Below are positions 1 to 9,658 of a stretch of 64,000 nt of DNA, piece after piece; the first letter of the stretch is position 1; every line of letters begins with the position of its first letter. Origin of the DNA: Candidatus Omnitrophota bacterium (GTDB lineage Bacteria; Omnitrophota; Omnitrophia; Omnitrophales; Aquincolibacteriaceae); contig CAISGE010000023.1 of assembly GCA_903884815.1 (NCBI GenBank), positions 252-64,251 of the forward strand. The letters are read 5' to 3'. Under the pieces are notes generated by a model. It did not search any database, was not told the DNA's origin, and saw nothing but the letters and a program-made list of their open reading frames with translations. Position numbers and translations under genes: made by a program.

Positions 1-29
1 AGTGTAAAACCTCTCTGTTTGATCTTCAT
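1..29 (-). CDS. Type IV pilin/prepilin, N-terminal fragment (runs off the window edge)
   Basis: Reverse complement of 1-29 reads ATG AAG ATC AAA CAG AGA GGT TTT ACA CT = MKIKQRGFTL, a class III signal peptide (G|FTL). AAGGAG RBS upstream; lies downstream of pilC. Not in the ORF track. Confidence 0.8.
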
Positions 30-197
30 TTTCTTATTCTCCTTTTCCTTTTTTATTTTCACTTCGTATAAAGCGCTTTCCGAGACACTCGTAATCACCT
101 ACTAACAATGTAACACATCTGTCTCATAAAGCCAATGTTAACATTAAAAAAATATAAGCTATTCATTCTAAACAACTTACGAAATTAAAAGGAGTTA

Positions 198-1541
198 TCA
201 GCTGCTACTTCCGGTAGAGAGCGCCACAATAGGGAGAAACATGGAAATCACCACGGTCCCGATCACGCCTCCCATAAAAACAAGAAGGATCGGCTCCAGC
301 ATAACCGTCAACCTCGCAAGAAATGTATCGACTTGATCCTCATAATAATTAGCCAGTAGTGTGAGGAATTTTTCCATTTGACCACTTTCCTCCCCGACGC
401 TGAGAAGTTGGGTCATAAAAACAGGGAATAATTTTCGGGCCTCCAACTGGGATCCAAGCCCCTGCCCGCCCTTGATGGCAAGCGCGACTTGCTGGACCCC
501 GGATTCGAGAAACTGATTCTCCACAAGACGTCCACTGATCTCAAGCGCCTGGAGGATCTGCACCCCAGAACGGAGCATGGTGCCAAGGGACCTGGAGAAC
601 CGGACAACAGCGACCTGCATGAGGATGGTCCCGAAAATTGGAAATCCGAGACTCATCATGTCAATTCGGATCTTCATTTTCGGGATCTTCCGGAGATAAG
701 TGATCCCAACACCCGCCAGCACCACAAAAAACACAAGGATCCACGCTTTATACCGGACCACATTACTGACAGCCACCACGATCTGGGTGATAAGAGGCAG
801 CTTCATTTGCTGCGACGCGAAGATCGCCGCGAACTTGGGAACAATAAAAACCAGAAGAAAGATCATGGCTCCCGTAACCGCGACCGTCAGAACCCCGGGG
901 TAAAAGAACGCTGTCGTCACTTTGCTTGTGATCCGCGCCGCAGATTCCTGATAATGAGCGATCTCCTCAAGACATTCCGGAAGTTTTCCCGTGGTTTCCC
1001 CGACCTCGACGAGATTAATCCAAACCCACGGAAAAACTTTCCCTTGGGCACGAAGCGCCTGGCTGAAATTCCCCCCCTCCGAAATCTTCTTGCGGATATT
1101 GGCGATAACAGCTTTGAAATAGACGTTCGTGATCCCTTTTTGAATGATCTCAAGCGCACGGAGAAGCGGAACCCCGGCCCTCAGGAGCGTTGAAAGCTGT
1201 ATCGAAAGAAAAATGAGCTCCCGGGTCGAAACAGTTTGAAAAAGGGAAAAGGGCTTCCCATGTTGGTGCGAGGACTTTTTCTTGGGAGAGATCTGCCGAG
1301 ACAGGGCCTCAAGGAACGCGAAGGGAGACTCCTGGGCCCCTCCTGTTTTTTTGACGGAAATGACCACGTAGCCATCCGCCATCAGTTTCTGGATCGCATC
1401 CTCCTGATTCCCGGCCTGGACCACAATGCTTTTAGACTGATCCGGAAAGGCGCGGAGACGAACATGGCATTCAAAAGAATGGCCCGTGTTCTTGGACTTG
1501 TCTTTCGAAGAAACCGGGTGCTCGGGACTATTCATAGGCAA
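198..1541 (-). CDS. pilC: Type IV pilus/T2SS inner-membrane platform protein (PilC/GspF family)
   Basis: Two GspF repeats (QLSTLLRAGVPLL..GETTGKL; SLGTMLRSGVQIL..GEESGQM) and the C-terminal EPILLVFMG..SMFLPI helix. Confidence 0.93.
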   Translation of the reverse strand: MPMNSPEHPVSSKDKSKNTGHSFECHVRLRAFPDQSKSIVVQAGNQEDAIQKLMADGYVVISVKKTGGAQESPFAFLEALSRQISPKKKSSHQHGKPFSLFQTVSTRELIFLSIQLSTLLRAGVPLLRALEIIQKGITNVYFKAVIANIRKKISEGGNFSQALRAQGKVFPWVWINLVEVGETTGKLPECLEEIAHYQESAARITSKVTTAFFYPGVLTVAVTGAMIFLLVFIVPKFAAIFASQQMKLPLITQIVVAVSNVVRYKAWILVFFVVLAGVGITYLRKIPKMKIRIDMMSLGFPIFGTILMQVAVVRFSRSLGTMLRSGVQILQALEISGRLVENQFLESGVQQVALAIKGGQGLGSQLEARKLFPVFMTQLLSVGEESGQMEKFLTLLANYYEDQVDTFLARLTVMLEPILLVFMGGVIGTVVISMFLPIVALSTGSSS

Positions 1542-3225
1542 CGCTCAAAACCTCATCAAGAGTGGTCAATCCCCGCTCCACTTTTCGCATACCATTCTGG
1601 AACATGTTCTCATATTTCTTTGCTTTCTGGATCTCGCGTAACTGAGTGAGGTTACAATCTTTCGTGATAAGACTGCGCATATCCTCGTCGATCGGCAAGA
1701 CCTCATAGAGGGCCATCCGTCCCCAGTATCCGATATTTTGGCACTTGTCACAGCCCTTGGGTTTGTAGACAGTCTCCGCTTTGATCTTGTAAAGGTCGCG
1801 CACCTTAGCCTCAGGCTTGTAAGGCTCCTTGCAATGTTTGCACAGAAGACGGATCAACCTCTGGGCGGCCACCAACCCAAGACTACCGGCCACGAGATAC
1901 GGCGGCACACCGATATCGATCAAACGAGTCACCGCTGTCAAGGCGTCATTCGTGTGCAAAGTGCTAAGCACCAAATGGCCCGTGAGCGACGCGCGGATAC
2001 AGATCTCGGCCGTCTCAAGATCGCGGACCTCTCCCACAAGGATCACGTCCGGATCCTGACGGAGAAAAGCCCGGAGTCCGCTCGCGAAGGTCAGCCCAAT
2101 GTCCGGCTTCACCTGCACCTGATTGATCCCCGTCAGCTGATATTCAATCGGATCTTCAATGGTCAGAATATTGACTTCCGGAGAGAGCCGCTTGTTCAGA
2201 GCCGCATAAAGAGTCGTGCTTTTCCCGCTCCCGGTCGGTCCCGTCGCGAAGATCAGTCCATAAGGCCGTTTCAGAGCCACTTCAAAAAGACTCAACTGAT
2301 CCGGTTCCAGTCCAAGCAGCGACATATCCAGAAGATCCATTCTCTTGTCCAGAATACGCAGCACGACTTTTTCTCCGTGAACGATCGGAATGGTCGAGAC
2401 GCGAACATCAACCTTTCTCCCCTGATACTGAAGCGAGAAAGAACCGTCCTGGGGAATGCGTTTTTCGGCGATGTCCATCTTGGAAAGGATCTTGATACGG
2501 GAGACAACGGCATTATGAAGTTCCCGGGGCGGCGGAGGAAGTTCAAACAGGACGCCGTCCACGCGATAGCGGATCGTGAGCCTGTCCACATAGGGCTCAA
2601 TGTGAATATCACTGGCACGGTCATCGAGAGCCTTCTTCATCATAAGATCCACGAGTCGTACCACAGGACCTTTTCCAGCTTCCGCCACCGTGGCCCCAAG
2701 ATCCATCTTGTTTTCATCTTTTTCAACCGGGTTATAGTCGACCGTGGCAGCACTGACTTCCGAGGATGAGAGAACCTCCTGCAGATCCGTGTTGCTATAG
2801 TAAAGATCGATCGCCCGTTTCAGCTCCGTTTCTGTGGAGAGAACGATCAGAATATCGTAACCGGTGCTCTTGCGGAGGTTGTCGAGAAAAATAACATCCG
2901 GAGACCGGCCCATGGCCACCTTGAGCATGCGCCCCTTGCGCTCGAGAGGAAGTACTTGATGCTGAAGAGCGAATTCCATCGGGATGCATTCCTTGAGGCG
3001 CTGGTCGGAGCGAGGCTTTAATTGCGTTCCGGAGAGGAACGAGACGCCCAACTGTTCCGAAAGGGCGATCCTCAGATCGGTTTCCTCGATAGCGCCATGC
3101 CGGATGAGAACTTGGCCCAAAGGTTCTTTGGACTCTTTCTGATCGGCAAGGGCCTTTTTTAACTGATCAGGCGTGATAAGCCTGCGCTCGACCAGAAACT
3201 CCCCTAACAGGGTATTGATCCGCAC
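1528..3225 (-). CDS. pilB: PilB/GspE assembly ATPase
   Basis: Walker A GPTGSGKST, ASDIHIEP, LRQDPDVILVGEVRD, CxxC..CxxC zinc site, MshEN-like N-terminus. Confidence 0.95.
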   Translation of the reverse strand: MRINTLLGEFLVERRLITPDQLKKALADQKESKEPLGQVLIRHGAIEETDLRIALSEQLGVSFLSGTQLKPRSDQRLKECIPMEFALQHQVLPLERKGRMLKVAMGRSPDVIFLDNLRKSTGYDILIVLSTETELKRAIDLYYSNTDLQEVLSSSEVSAATVDYNPVEKDENKMDLGATVAEAGKGPVVRLVDLMMKKALDDRASDIHIEPYVDRLTIRYRVDGVLFELPPPPRELHNAVVSRIKILSKMDIAEKRIPQDGSFSLQYQGRKVDVRVSTIPIVHGEKVVLRILDKRMDLLDMSLLGLEPDQLSLFEVALKRPYGLIFATGPTGSGKSTTLYAALNKRLSPEVNILTIEDPIEYQLTGINQVQVKPDIGLTFASGLRAFLRQDPDVILVGEVRDLETAEICIRASLTGHLVLSTLHTNDALTAVTRLIDIGVPPYLVAGSLGLVAAQRLIRLLCKHCKEPYKPEAKVRDLYKIKAETVYKPKGCDKCQNIGYWGRMALYEVLPIDEDMRSLITKDCNLTQLREIQKAKKYENMFQNGMRKVERGLTTLDEVLSVAYE

Positions 3226-3242
3226 GTGGCCTCTCTTGTCCT

Positions 3243-5078
3243 TTACGGCTTAGTCTGAGCAGCCGCTTTTTCACTCTGGTCCAGGTTGGCCAGAGTCGTG
3301 TCCATCAATTTTCTCCGGACATTGAAATAGCCCTCAAAATCGGTCTTCTTTTTGGGTCCGTCTTTCAACTCCTTGTACCACTCCTTCTGTTTCACCTTCC
3401 AGAAAGGGGCAACCTCGTCATCGTAATCGAGACGGTCGTCCGGAACCTTGGGAGTCTCTAAAACTGAGGGATCAAGAATAATATACGGGGTCACGAAAAG
3501 AATAAGCTCGCGATTTTTCATTTCCTTCGTGTTGCTGGTGAATAAGGCCTTCCCGACAACAGGAAGATTGCCGAAGAACGGGACTTTCCTATTCCCATTG
3601 GATTGGGCGCTCATGAGAAGCCCTCCGATGGCGATGGTCTGTCCGTCATTGACCATCAGCGTTGTGCGGGCTGTGCGGACCGTAGGATCTCCTGTTTCAC
3701 CCTTCGCCGCAATGGTGATCGCGGATTTATCCACGGTCGCGAAAACCGGCTCCAAGGTCATCGTGATCCTCGACCGGGTATTGATAAGCGGTGTCACACG
3801 AAGGACGGTCCCGATCTCGGCTCTTTCCGCGGTATCCGTCGTCGTCCCGGAAGCTCCTCCCGAGGCGGCCGTAACGCTTGTTGTCCCGATCGCCGCATTG
3901 GTCGACATTTTCACGAGAGCGGGATGATTATCCAGCACCAGCACTTTGGGTTTCGCCAGGATCTTGAGCTTGGAAGCACTTTCCAGGGCCGTCACCTTCA
4001 CCTGAAAAGAACTAAAATCGCGCACACCGGGTGTTGTGATGGCCCCCGTGTTATTGGTGGGATTAAATTGATTGGCCGTATCCTTGAGAGAATCCCCAAA
4101 ATTCCCCAAAAGATTTTTTACACCGCCCTCGCCGCTATCCGGACTGCCCCCCAACCTTAGCGGCCAATCGGTACTCGATTTCGAACCGGTCACCGTGCCA
4201 AAGAGACCGTCCTTATCCCCCCACTGCACGCCAAGATTCCGGCTCAGATCCTCATAGGTTTCCACCAAAAGGACATTGATGAGCACCTGATCCAGCGGGC
4301 GATCCAATTCCATGATCGCGGCTTCGACCATATTGAGCCGATCTTCAGAGTCGGTGACGATCAGGCTGTTCGAGCGGTCATCGACAGAGACCTTGCCGCG
4401 ACTCGAAAGGATCTTCGCGATCGCGTCGGAGATCGCCGCGCTATCCCCGCCTGAACTTGAGCTGCCGCTCGACAGCCCGCCGCCCGACGAAGAAGAACTA
4501 GAGGAACCGGAGGAACTCGAAGAACCCGAGCTGCTACTCCCCGAATTTGCGGAGCTATCAGAGATCTCTTTCAAGGTGCTGACCAGCACGTAATAGAGCC
4601 TGAAAACCCGGGTCACCAAGGCCGGTTGATCGGCCGCGTCCGAGGAGGCGCGAAAAAGGTAGATATTTCTTCCGGGAATGGATTCATAGCTCACATTGCT
4701 TCCCTTGGAAATGGACTGAAGCACGTCTTCCAAGCTGACATTGTCCAGGGTCATATTGACCTTCCGGTCCGAGACTTCGGTGCCGGCGACAAAATTAATA
4801 CCGCTCAGATTGGAGAGAACATTAAGAACATTGATAAGCGCCGCGTTCTTAAAATCAAGATAATATCTCCCGGCCAGTGTCTTCTCAGCTTTGATATCGA
4901 CCGGCGTGGGAGCCGGCTTGGAAGCATCTGGAGCATTAACTCCGGGCTTCCGTGAGGCAGCAGGCGCAACGGCCGAAGCCGCTGATTCTTGCGCCAAAAC
5001 GGGAGAAACGAGGATCCCGAAGAACAGAAAAACAATCCCAAAAGAAGCTATGTGTTGTTTGATCTCTTTTTTCATCAT
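3243..5078 (-). CDS. Secretin (GspD/PilQ family)
   Basis: Signal peptide, STN/N0 domain (LDFKNAALINVL), N3 domain (DDRSNSLIVTD), secretin C-domain (KVPFFGNLPVVGKALF..RELILFVTPYII). Confidence 0.92.
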   Translation of the reverse strand: MMKKEIKQHIASFGIVFLFFGILVSPVLAQESAASAVAPAASRKPGVNAPDASKPAPTPVDIKAEKTLAGRYYLDFKNAALINVLNVLSNLSGINFVAGTEVSDRKVNMTLDNVSLEDVLQSISKGSNVSYESIPGRNIYLFRASSDAADQPALVTRVFRLYYVLVSTLKEISDSSANSGSSSSGSSSSSGSSSSSSSGGGLSSGSSSSGGDSAAISDAIAKILSSRGKVSVDDRSNSLIVTDSEDRLNMVEAAIMELDRPLDQVLINVLLVETYEDLSRNLGVQWGDKDGLFGTVTGSKSSTDWPLRLGGSPDSGEGGVKNLLGNFGDSLKDTANQFNPTNNTGAITTPGVRDFSSFQVKVTALESASKLKILAKPKVLVLDNHPALVKMSTNAAIGTTSVTAASGGASGTTTDTAERAEIGTVLRVTPLINTRSRITMTLEPVFATVDKSAITIAAKGETGDPTVRTARTTLMVNDGQTIAIGGLLMSAQSNGNRKVPFFGNLPVVGKALFTSNTKEMKNRELILFVTPYIILDPSVLETPKVPDDRLDYDDEVAPFWKVKQKEWYKELKDGPKKKTDFEGYFNVRRKLMDTTLANLDQSEKAAAQTKP

Positions 5079-5623
5079 AAATCCTGCCCCCCTTCCGGAA
5101 AAGATGCCGGAGTTGTTTTCACCGGCTGACCCTGGGACGAAAGCCCGGGACCACCCTTCTTCTCCCGGCGCTCGTTCGCTTTTTTTAGTTCTTCCTTCGG
5201 AAATAGCGGAAGAACCATGGGCGCGCCATTCACGAATATATCGACCTCTCCCCGCCTGGCCTCAAGCAATTTTATTCCGTTTTTTTCTTCGCCCTTATAA
5301 TACACCGAACCTCCGATAATAGCATAGGCATCAGTTCCCCCCAGTCCGATCCCTTCAAGAGGCGGAACGGCAACCGCGGCAGCGCCATCCGCCGGTTTGG
5401 GGCCCGGCGTCGGCACTTCGTCCGGGTCAAAGCGTTGGGCAAATGGATCCTCGACATCGGGCGCGACAGTGTCAACAACTGCGTCGGCCTTCGGAGCCTT
5501 CGCCGGTATCTTCCCACTGGAAGACACCGGTCCCGGTTTCGGCTCCGCCGCAGAAAGACCCGGAGTTATCAAGAAAAGCAGCATCAGCAGAACGACAGAA
5601 GCGCGCAAGGATGGGGAAATCAT
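5075..5623 (-). CDS. Exported PilP/GspC-like accessory protein
   Basis: Signal peptide, DPF motif then LEGIGLGG..AIIGG beta segment; lies between pilO and the secretin with 4-nt overlap. Confidence 0.55.
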   Translation of the reverse strand: MISPSLRASVVLLMLLFLITPGLSAAEPKPGPVSSSGKIPAKAPKADAVVDTVAPDVEDPFAQRFDPDEVPTPGPKPADGAAAVAVPPLEGIGLGGTDAYAIIGGSVYYKGEEKNGIKLLEARRGEVDIFVNGAPMVLPLFPKEELKKANERREKKGGPGLSSQGQPVKTTPASFPEGGQDL

Positions 5624-6165
5624 GCGTTACTTCTCCCTCGGGCTTGTTTTAATAAATAGGTCTCCAGATAGAACTGCACCTTCAAAATACCTTTGGTTTT
5701 TTTCCCTGTTCCAAACTGCCGCGACAAAGAGACATCACCAATGCTCATGGGAGGCTCGAGGGCCTCCATTACCTTGAAAAATTGTATCATTGAAAAATAG
5801 GATGCCTGGCCCGTGATTTCGATCCGAAGTTTCACGTATTCCCCCTCAGGGATCGTCTTGGGGGTGATGGCCTGGACATCGATCTTATTTTTACTGGCGA
5901 TATCCGAGATCTTCCCCACCAGAGAGCTCCTCGCGGTTAATCCCGCAAAGGGTTGCTCCGTGACCTGCAATTCATCCTTAAGCCGGCCGACTTCTTTAAA
6001 GAGCTCCAACCTCTCGTGGGATTCGCGAAGCTGCTGACGCAAAAAGACACTTCGAGAAAAGACGGGGCTGATCAAAAAGTGAAAAAAAACAGCGCACAGC
6101 CCCACCCCCACGGCGATCTTGATCGCGAGCTCTTTGTGCTGTTCCCGGATTTGAATATTCGCCAT
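5620..6165 (-). CDS. pilO: PilO/GspM-like protein
   Basis: One N-terminal TM, coiled coil, ferredoxin-like C-domain (LRIEITGQASYFSMIQFF); position in operon. Confidence 0.75.
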   Translation of the reverse strand: MANIQIREQHKELAIKIAVGVGLCAVFFHFLISPVFSRSVFLRQQLRESHERLELFKEVGRLKDELQVTEQPFAGLTARSSLVGKISDIASKNKIDVQAITPKTIPEGEYVKLRIEITGQASYFSMIQFFKVMEALEPPMSIGDVSLSRQFGTGKKTKGILKVQFYLETYLLKQARGRSNA

Positions 6166-6176
6166 AAAGAGTCCTC

Positions 6177-7763
6177 TTAATCACCCACGATGCTAAAGCG
6201 GGTCATGGACCGCTCCCGGATCTTTTCGCGACTAACATCTTCCAGCTTGATTTCCGAATAATAGTCGGACAGGATCTTCCGGGAGGCAAGCGTTTGGACC
6301 CAGCCGCTTACAACATTCGTTTCCTTCTCGGCGCTTCCCAGATAACACACGCCCTTCAAGGTCAATTGTTTTCCACCTTTTTTACTTTTCTTTCCTTTTC
6401 GCCCGCTACTTACACTCCCCTCGGGAGGAGGCATACTCTCTGCGGGAGACGCCTCCGATCCTCCCCCTCCCCCTAAAGATATCTGGTCCAGTGCAATGCT
6501 CAGAGGCAACCCTTGTCCCAAGACGGACAACAAGGCCGAGGGGGATTCTTTGGTCTGGAGAAATGCTCCCAATTGTTCGATGCGGGGGTTCAGCGCATCT
6601 TTTTCGGTCCTAAGCTCCTGCATGGATTGAGACATGAGCGAGGGATTTTCGAGAACCGCAGGACCCAGGATCGCAGCATTCTCATTTTTAAGATTCGTCA
6701 AAATAGGCTGAAAGATCACAAGCCGGGCCAAGGCAAAAAGGATCGCGAGAATGGCGCATTCCACCGCCAGGAACGTCATTATTTTAACAGGCTCAGACTT
6801 GCGATCCTCTTTGGGAAGAAGTTTGATATCCCCCAGAGGCGAGGGATAGTTCAAGGACCGGAGCGCCAGCCCAAAAGCCACGAGAGCCGAATGAAGGACC
6901 TCTGGCGGAATATTTTTTTCATCGGGAAAACTTGCGCTGTCGAACCGGATCGTATAATTAAAAGCATTTTCCAGATGCTCGGCCCACAATTTCAGGTCCC
7001 CGGCCCCCGCTAAAAAGATCTGCGTCAGGACCTCTCCGCCTGTCAGTTTGAAGAAGTAATCGATCGAAGCCCGAAGTTCATCGGTAAAACGGCTTTTATC
7101 TTCGTCCGAGTTCCAGCTCAGTAAAAAATCCCTCGAGAGGTAAACGATGCCATTAGAGGCGAAAGTCACATGCACATTCCCATCAGACTGAAGGACCACA
7201 AAACCCTGGGTCTTGACCGTCGTCAACATGCGAATGGCGGAAAATGCGCGGCCGACGGCACAATAGACCGGCTCGATCATGAGCACCTTCGCGGACGCCG
7301 CGCGCAAGTCGTCAAGGCTGGTCTGAAGCACTTCTTGGCGTATCGCCGTCACGGTGACAGAACTCACGTTCTTGAGGGTCACGCGTGCGTTGTAATCCAT
7401 GATGGAATCAGAAAGTTTGAACGGGATATACCGGGTAGCCTCGTTGAGGATCGCACGGGACTCATCTTTTTTCGGGATGGCCGGCATAACAAAATGCCGG
7501 GTGGCTACCAAAGAAGGACTGACCGCGGCCGTCACGAACGAACCCTGCTCGTGGATCTTTTCAAGAACCTTCCGTATCGCCAGGGCCTCCGGGTTCAATG
7601 GCTTGTGCTTACTTCCCCCAGCGTCCTCGGGAGATTCCTCCGGAGCCCCGGCCTGGATAGGTTCGGAAGCGAAGGCTTTGATCTGCGGTCCTGCGGCCGT
7701 CCGGACCGCAGAAACAGCGATCACCTCGTTACGACCGATATAAACCCCGACGCCTTTTGACAT
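6177..7763 (-). CDS. pilM: PilM-PilN-like fusion (GspL architecture)
   Basis: Actin-like N-terminus (VGVYIG; EATRYIPF; IFLAGAG; VAFGLALR), IKLLP motif, TM helix, periplasmic PilN-like domain. Confidence 0.8.
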   Translation of the reverse strand: MSKGVGVYIGRNEVIAVSAVRTAAGPQIKAFASEPIQAGAPEESPEDAGGSKHKPLNPEALAIRKVLEKIHEQGSFVTAAVSPSLVATRHFVMPAIPKKDESRAILNEATRYIPFKLSDSIMDYNARVTLKNVSSVTVTAIRQEVLQTSLDDLRAASAKVLMIEPVYCAVGRAFSAIRMLTTVKTQGFVVLQSDGNVHVTFASNGIVYLSRDFLLSWNSDEDKSRFTDELRASIDYFFKLTGGEVLTQIFLAGAGDLKLWAEHLENAFNYTIRFDSASFPDEKNIPPEVLHSALVAFGLALRSLNYPSPLGDIKLLPKEDRKSEPVKIMTFLAVECAILAILFALARLVIFQPILTNLKNENAAILGPAVLENPSLMSQSMQELRTEKDALNPRIEQLGAFLQTKESPSALLSVLGQGLPLSIALDQISLGGGGGSEASPAESMPPPEGSVSSGRKGKKSKKGGKQLTLKGVCYLGSAEKETNVVSGWVQTLASRKILSDYYSEIKLEDVSREKIRERSMTRFSIVGD

Positions 7764-7792
7764 GAATTTCCCTGTTTTTTGATTTCCGGAAT

Positions 7793-8887
7793 CTAAAACG
7801 TAACGCGATCCCCTTCTCGAACCTCGCCCAGGGCCCGGGGATTGGCCATCGTCACGGAGGACATTGTCGGATATACCCTGTCCACCACCCCCACGCCCAC
7901 GGGAACATCATCCCGATAGATCGTAATCTCACGCCCCGACCGGGCCCCGCGCTCAGCACCGATATTCACGGAGAAGAACCCCTGGCGGTTACTCACCGAG
8001 AGCACCTTCCCCTGCAAAAACTCGTCCCCGCTCCAGGCCGCCGAGCCGTGTAGTGCCACACGGGATGCTACCCCGGAGAATGCGGCCAAACTGCCCTGAT
8101 CGATCATTTTTTCAATGGCTTGCATCTGCGCCCGGAGAGAAGCAATGATCTCATCCCGGCTGCGAAGAGCTCCCCTCAAGGAATCTAGCTGTATTTCGTA
8201 ATCGGTCGTGATCCGCATCAGCTCCTCGCGATATTTCTTTTCTAAAAGACCGTTGTCAGCCGCCTTTTCACGAAAGGTCTGCAGTTCTCCGGTCATCCTC
8301 TTTATCCGCCCGTCCAGTTTCTGAATGCTGCCGCGCTGTTCTTCAGAAACAGTTTTGATCTCCGCATAGGACTGCTCCAGACGGCTCTTTTCTTCCAGTA
8401 TCCCGGCAATCCGCAAAGACGCGTCTTGCTTGAGAGGCAATCCCCGGGCGTAGAAAAACGCGAAAAGCCCGGCCACCGCCCAACCTGTCACAAAGAGAAT
8501 CACGCTCCATCGAAGAAAAGAACTTCCCACGGACGAAGCCCTCTTAAGTCCCGGCATTCCCGTGGCATAAGACACGCTTGAGGCCATGCCTAACGAGGGC
8601 GCAAGCCTCGTGGGATTATTTTTCCGGTCCTGGTACGCGTGAACGATCTTCTCTTCGAGATCCACCCATTTTTCAATGGCCGCTAGCCTTCCGCTTGTTT
8701 TACTGAGATGAACCCCCTTCAAAAGCGGCTCCTTCAGGGAAACCTTCGTGGAGGCGGAAGGAATACTTGCTGGAGCAGTTGAAGAAAACTTGAAAAAAGA
8801 AAACCGGTGAGAGGTCTTCCCCTGGGGGCTTGCGTTCTGGTCTAGATGACTGACAATCTTTATTTTCCCGCTTTTGAGCTTCTCCAT
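7793..8887 (-). CDS. Hypothetical bitopic membrane protein with coiled coil and C-terminal beta domain
   Basis: 364-aa ORF with RBS (AAGGGG), one TM near aa 125-147, long coiled coil; first gene of the pilus cluster. Confidence 0.75.
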   Translation of the reverse strand: MEKLKSGKIKIVSHLDQNASPQGKTSHRFSFFKFSSTAPASIPSASTKVSLKEPLLKGVHLSKTSGRLAAIEKWVDLEEKIVHAYQDRKNNPTRLAPSLGMASSVSYATGMPGLKRASSVGSSFLRWSVILFVTGWAVAGLFAFFYARGLPLKQDASLRIAGILEEKSRLEQSYAEIKTVSEEQRGSIQKLDGRIKRMTGELQTFREKAADNGLLEKKYREELMRITTDYEIQLDSLRGALRSRDEIIASLRAQMQAIEKMIDQGSLAAFSGVASRVALHGSAAWSGDEFLQGKVLSVSNRQGFFSVNIGAERGARSGREITIYRDDVPVGVGVVDRVYPTMSSVTMANPRALGEVREGDRVTF

Positions 8888-9013
8888 GAGAACATCCCCT
8901 TATGAGTGGACGATCCGGCACTCGAAGACAGAACTCCTGCGAGATCTGTTCGATACATGTCAGTATAGTTTCGTCCTGGAAGGATTTTTTCTTAACGGAA
9001 GATTACAGAAAAA

Positions 9014-9658
9014 TTAAGAATGGGGGAACTGGACGTCGTGCGTTCTTTCGAACGTGCCAATGGCCGCTTCTTCCTTGAGGGTAATGCCGATATCGTCGAG
9101 CCCCTGGAGGAAGCGCTCTTTGACGGAGGGATCGACGTCAAAACGGAAAGAGTGGTCTTGATTTCCCGCATGCACGGTTACGGTCTGATCGGCCAAATGG
9201 ACTGTCGCTTCGAGGGAAGGATCTTTCCCAACAAAAGAAAAGATCCGATCTACGTCCTTCGGCGAGAGTTCGATGGTCAGAAGACCGTTCTTCACCGAAT
9301 TATTCCGGAAAATATCGGCAAACGCGGGAGTCCTATGGGCACCCTCCCCCGCCCACGGAGCAATGACGACACGAAACCCGTACTGGACAATGGCCCAGAC
9401 CGCGTGCTCACGGCTGGAGCCACAGCCAAAATTATTCCGGGTGAGAAGAACCGTGGCATTCTGGTACTCTTCCCTGTTGAGAGCAAATGTCGGATCGGGT
9501 TTTCCATCAGGCAGGTACCGCCAATCCGAAAAAAGCGCATCCTCAAAACCGGTCCGCTTGATCGACTTCAGATATTGCTTCGGGATAATGGCATCCGTAT
9601 CGACATTCGCCCGATCAAGTGGCAGGATCACTCCTCTGAAATTCTCAAACGCTTTCAT
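9014..9658 (-). CDS. leuD: 3-isopropylmalate dehydratase small subunit
   Basis: [36 protein letters not shown]. Confidence 0.97.
   Translation of the reverse strand: MKAFENFRGVILPLDRANVDTDAIIPKQYLKSIKRTGFEDALFSDWRYLPDGKPDPTFALNREEYQNATVLLTRNNFGCGSSREHAVWAIVQYGFRVVIAPWAGEGAHRTPAFADIFRNNSVKNGLLTIELSPKDVDRIFSFVGKDPSLEATVHLADQTVTVHAGNQDHSFRFDVDPSVKERFLQGLDDIGITLKEEAAIGTFERTHDVQFPHS

Noticed and set aside
30-197. Riboswitch or operator upstream of the pilin (palindrome AATGTTAACATT near 134-145)
   Set aside because: A single AT-rich palindrome with no recognisable c-di-GMP riboswitch motif; insufficient support.
1738-2769. Long plus-strand ORFs opposite real genes (also 9020-9973, 10120-11094, 19217-20311, 24922-26043, 31684-32730, 59227-60075)
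   Set aside because: Antisense shadows of well-supported minus-strand genes, with no recognisable motifs.
4440-4560. Ser/Gly-rich tract in the secretin
   Set aside because: Low-complexity loops in the N3 domain are common in GspD-type secretins.
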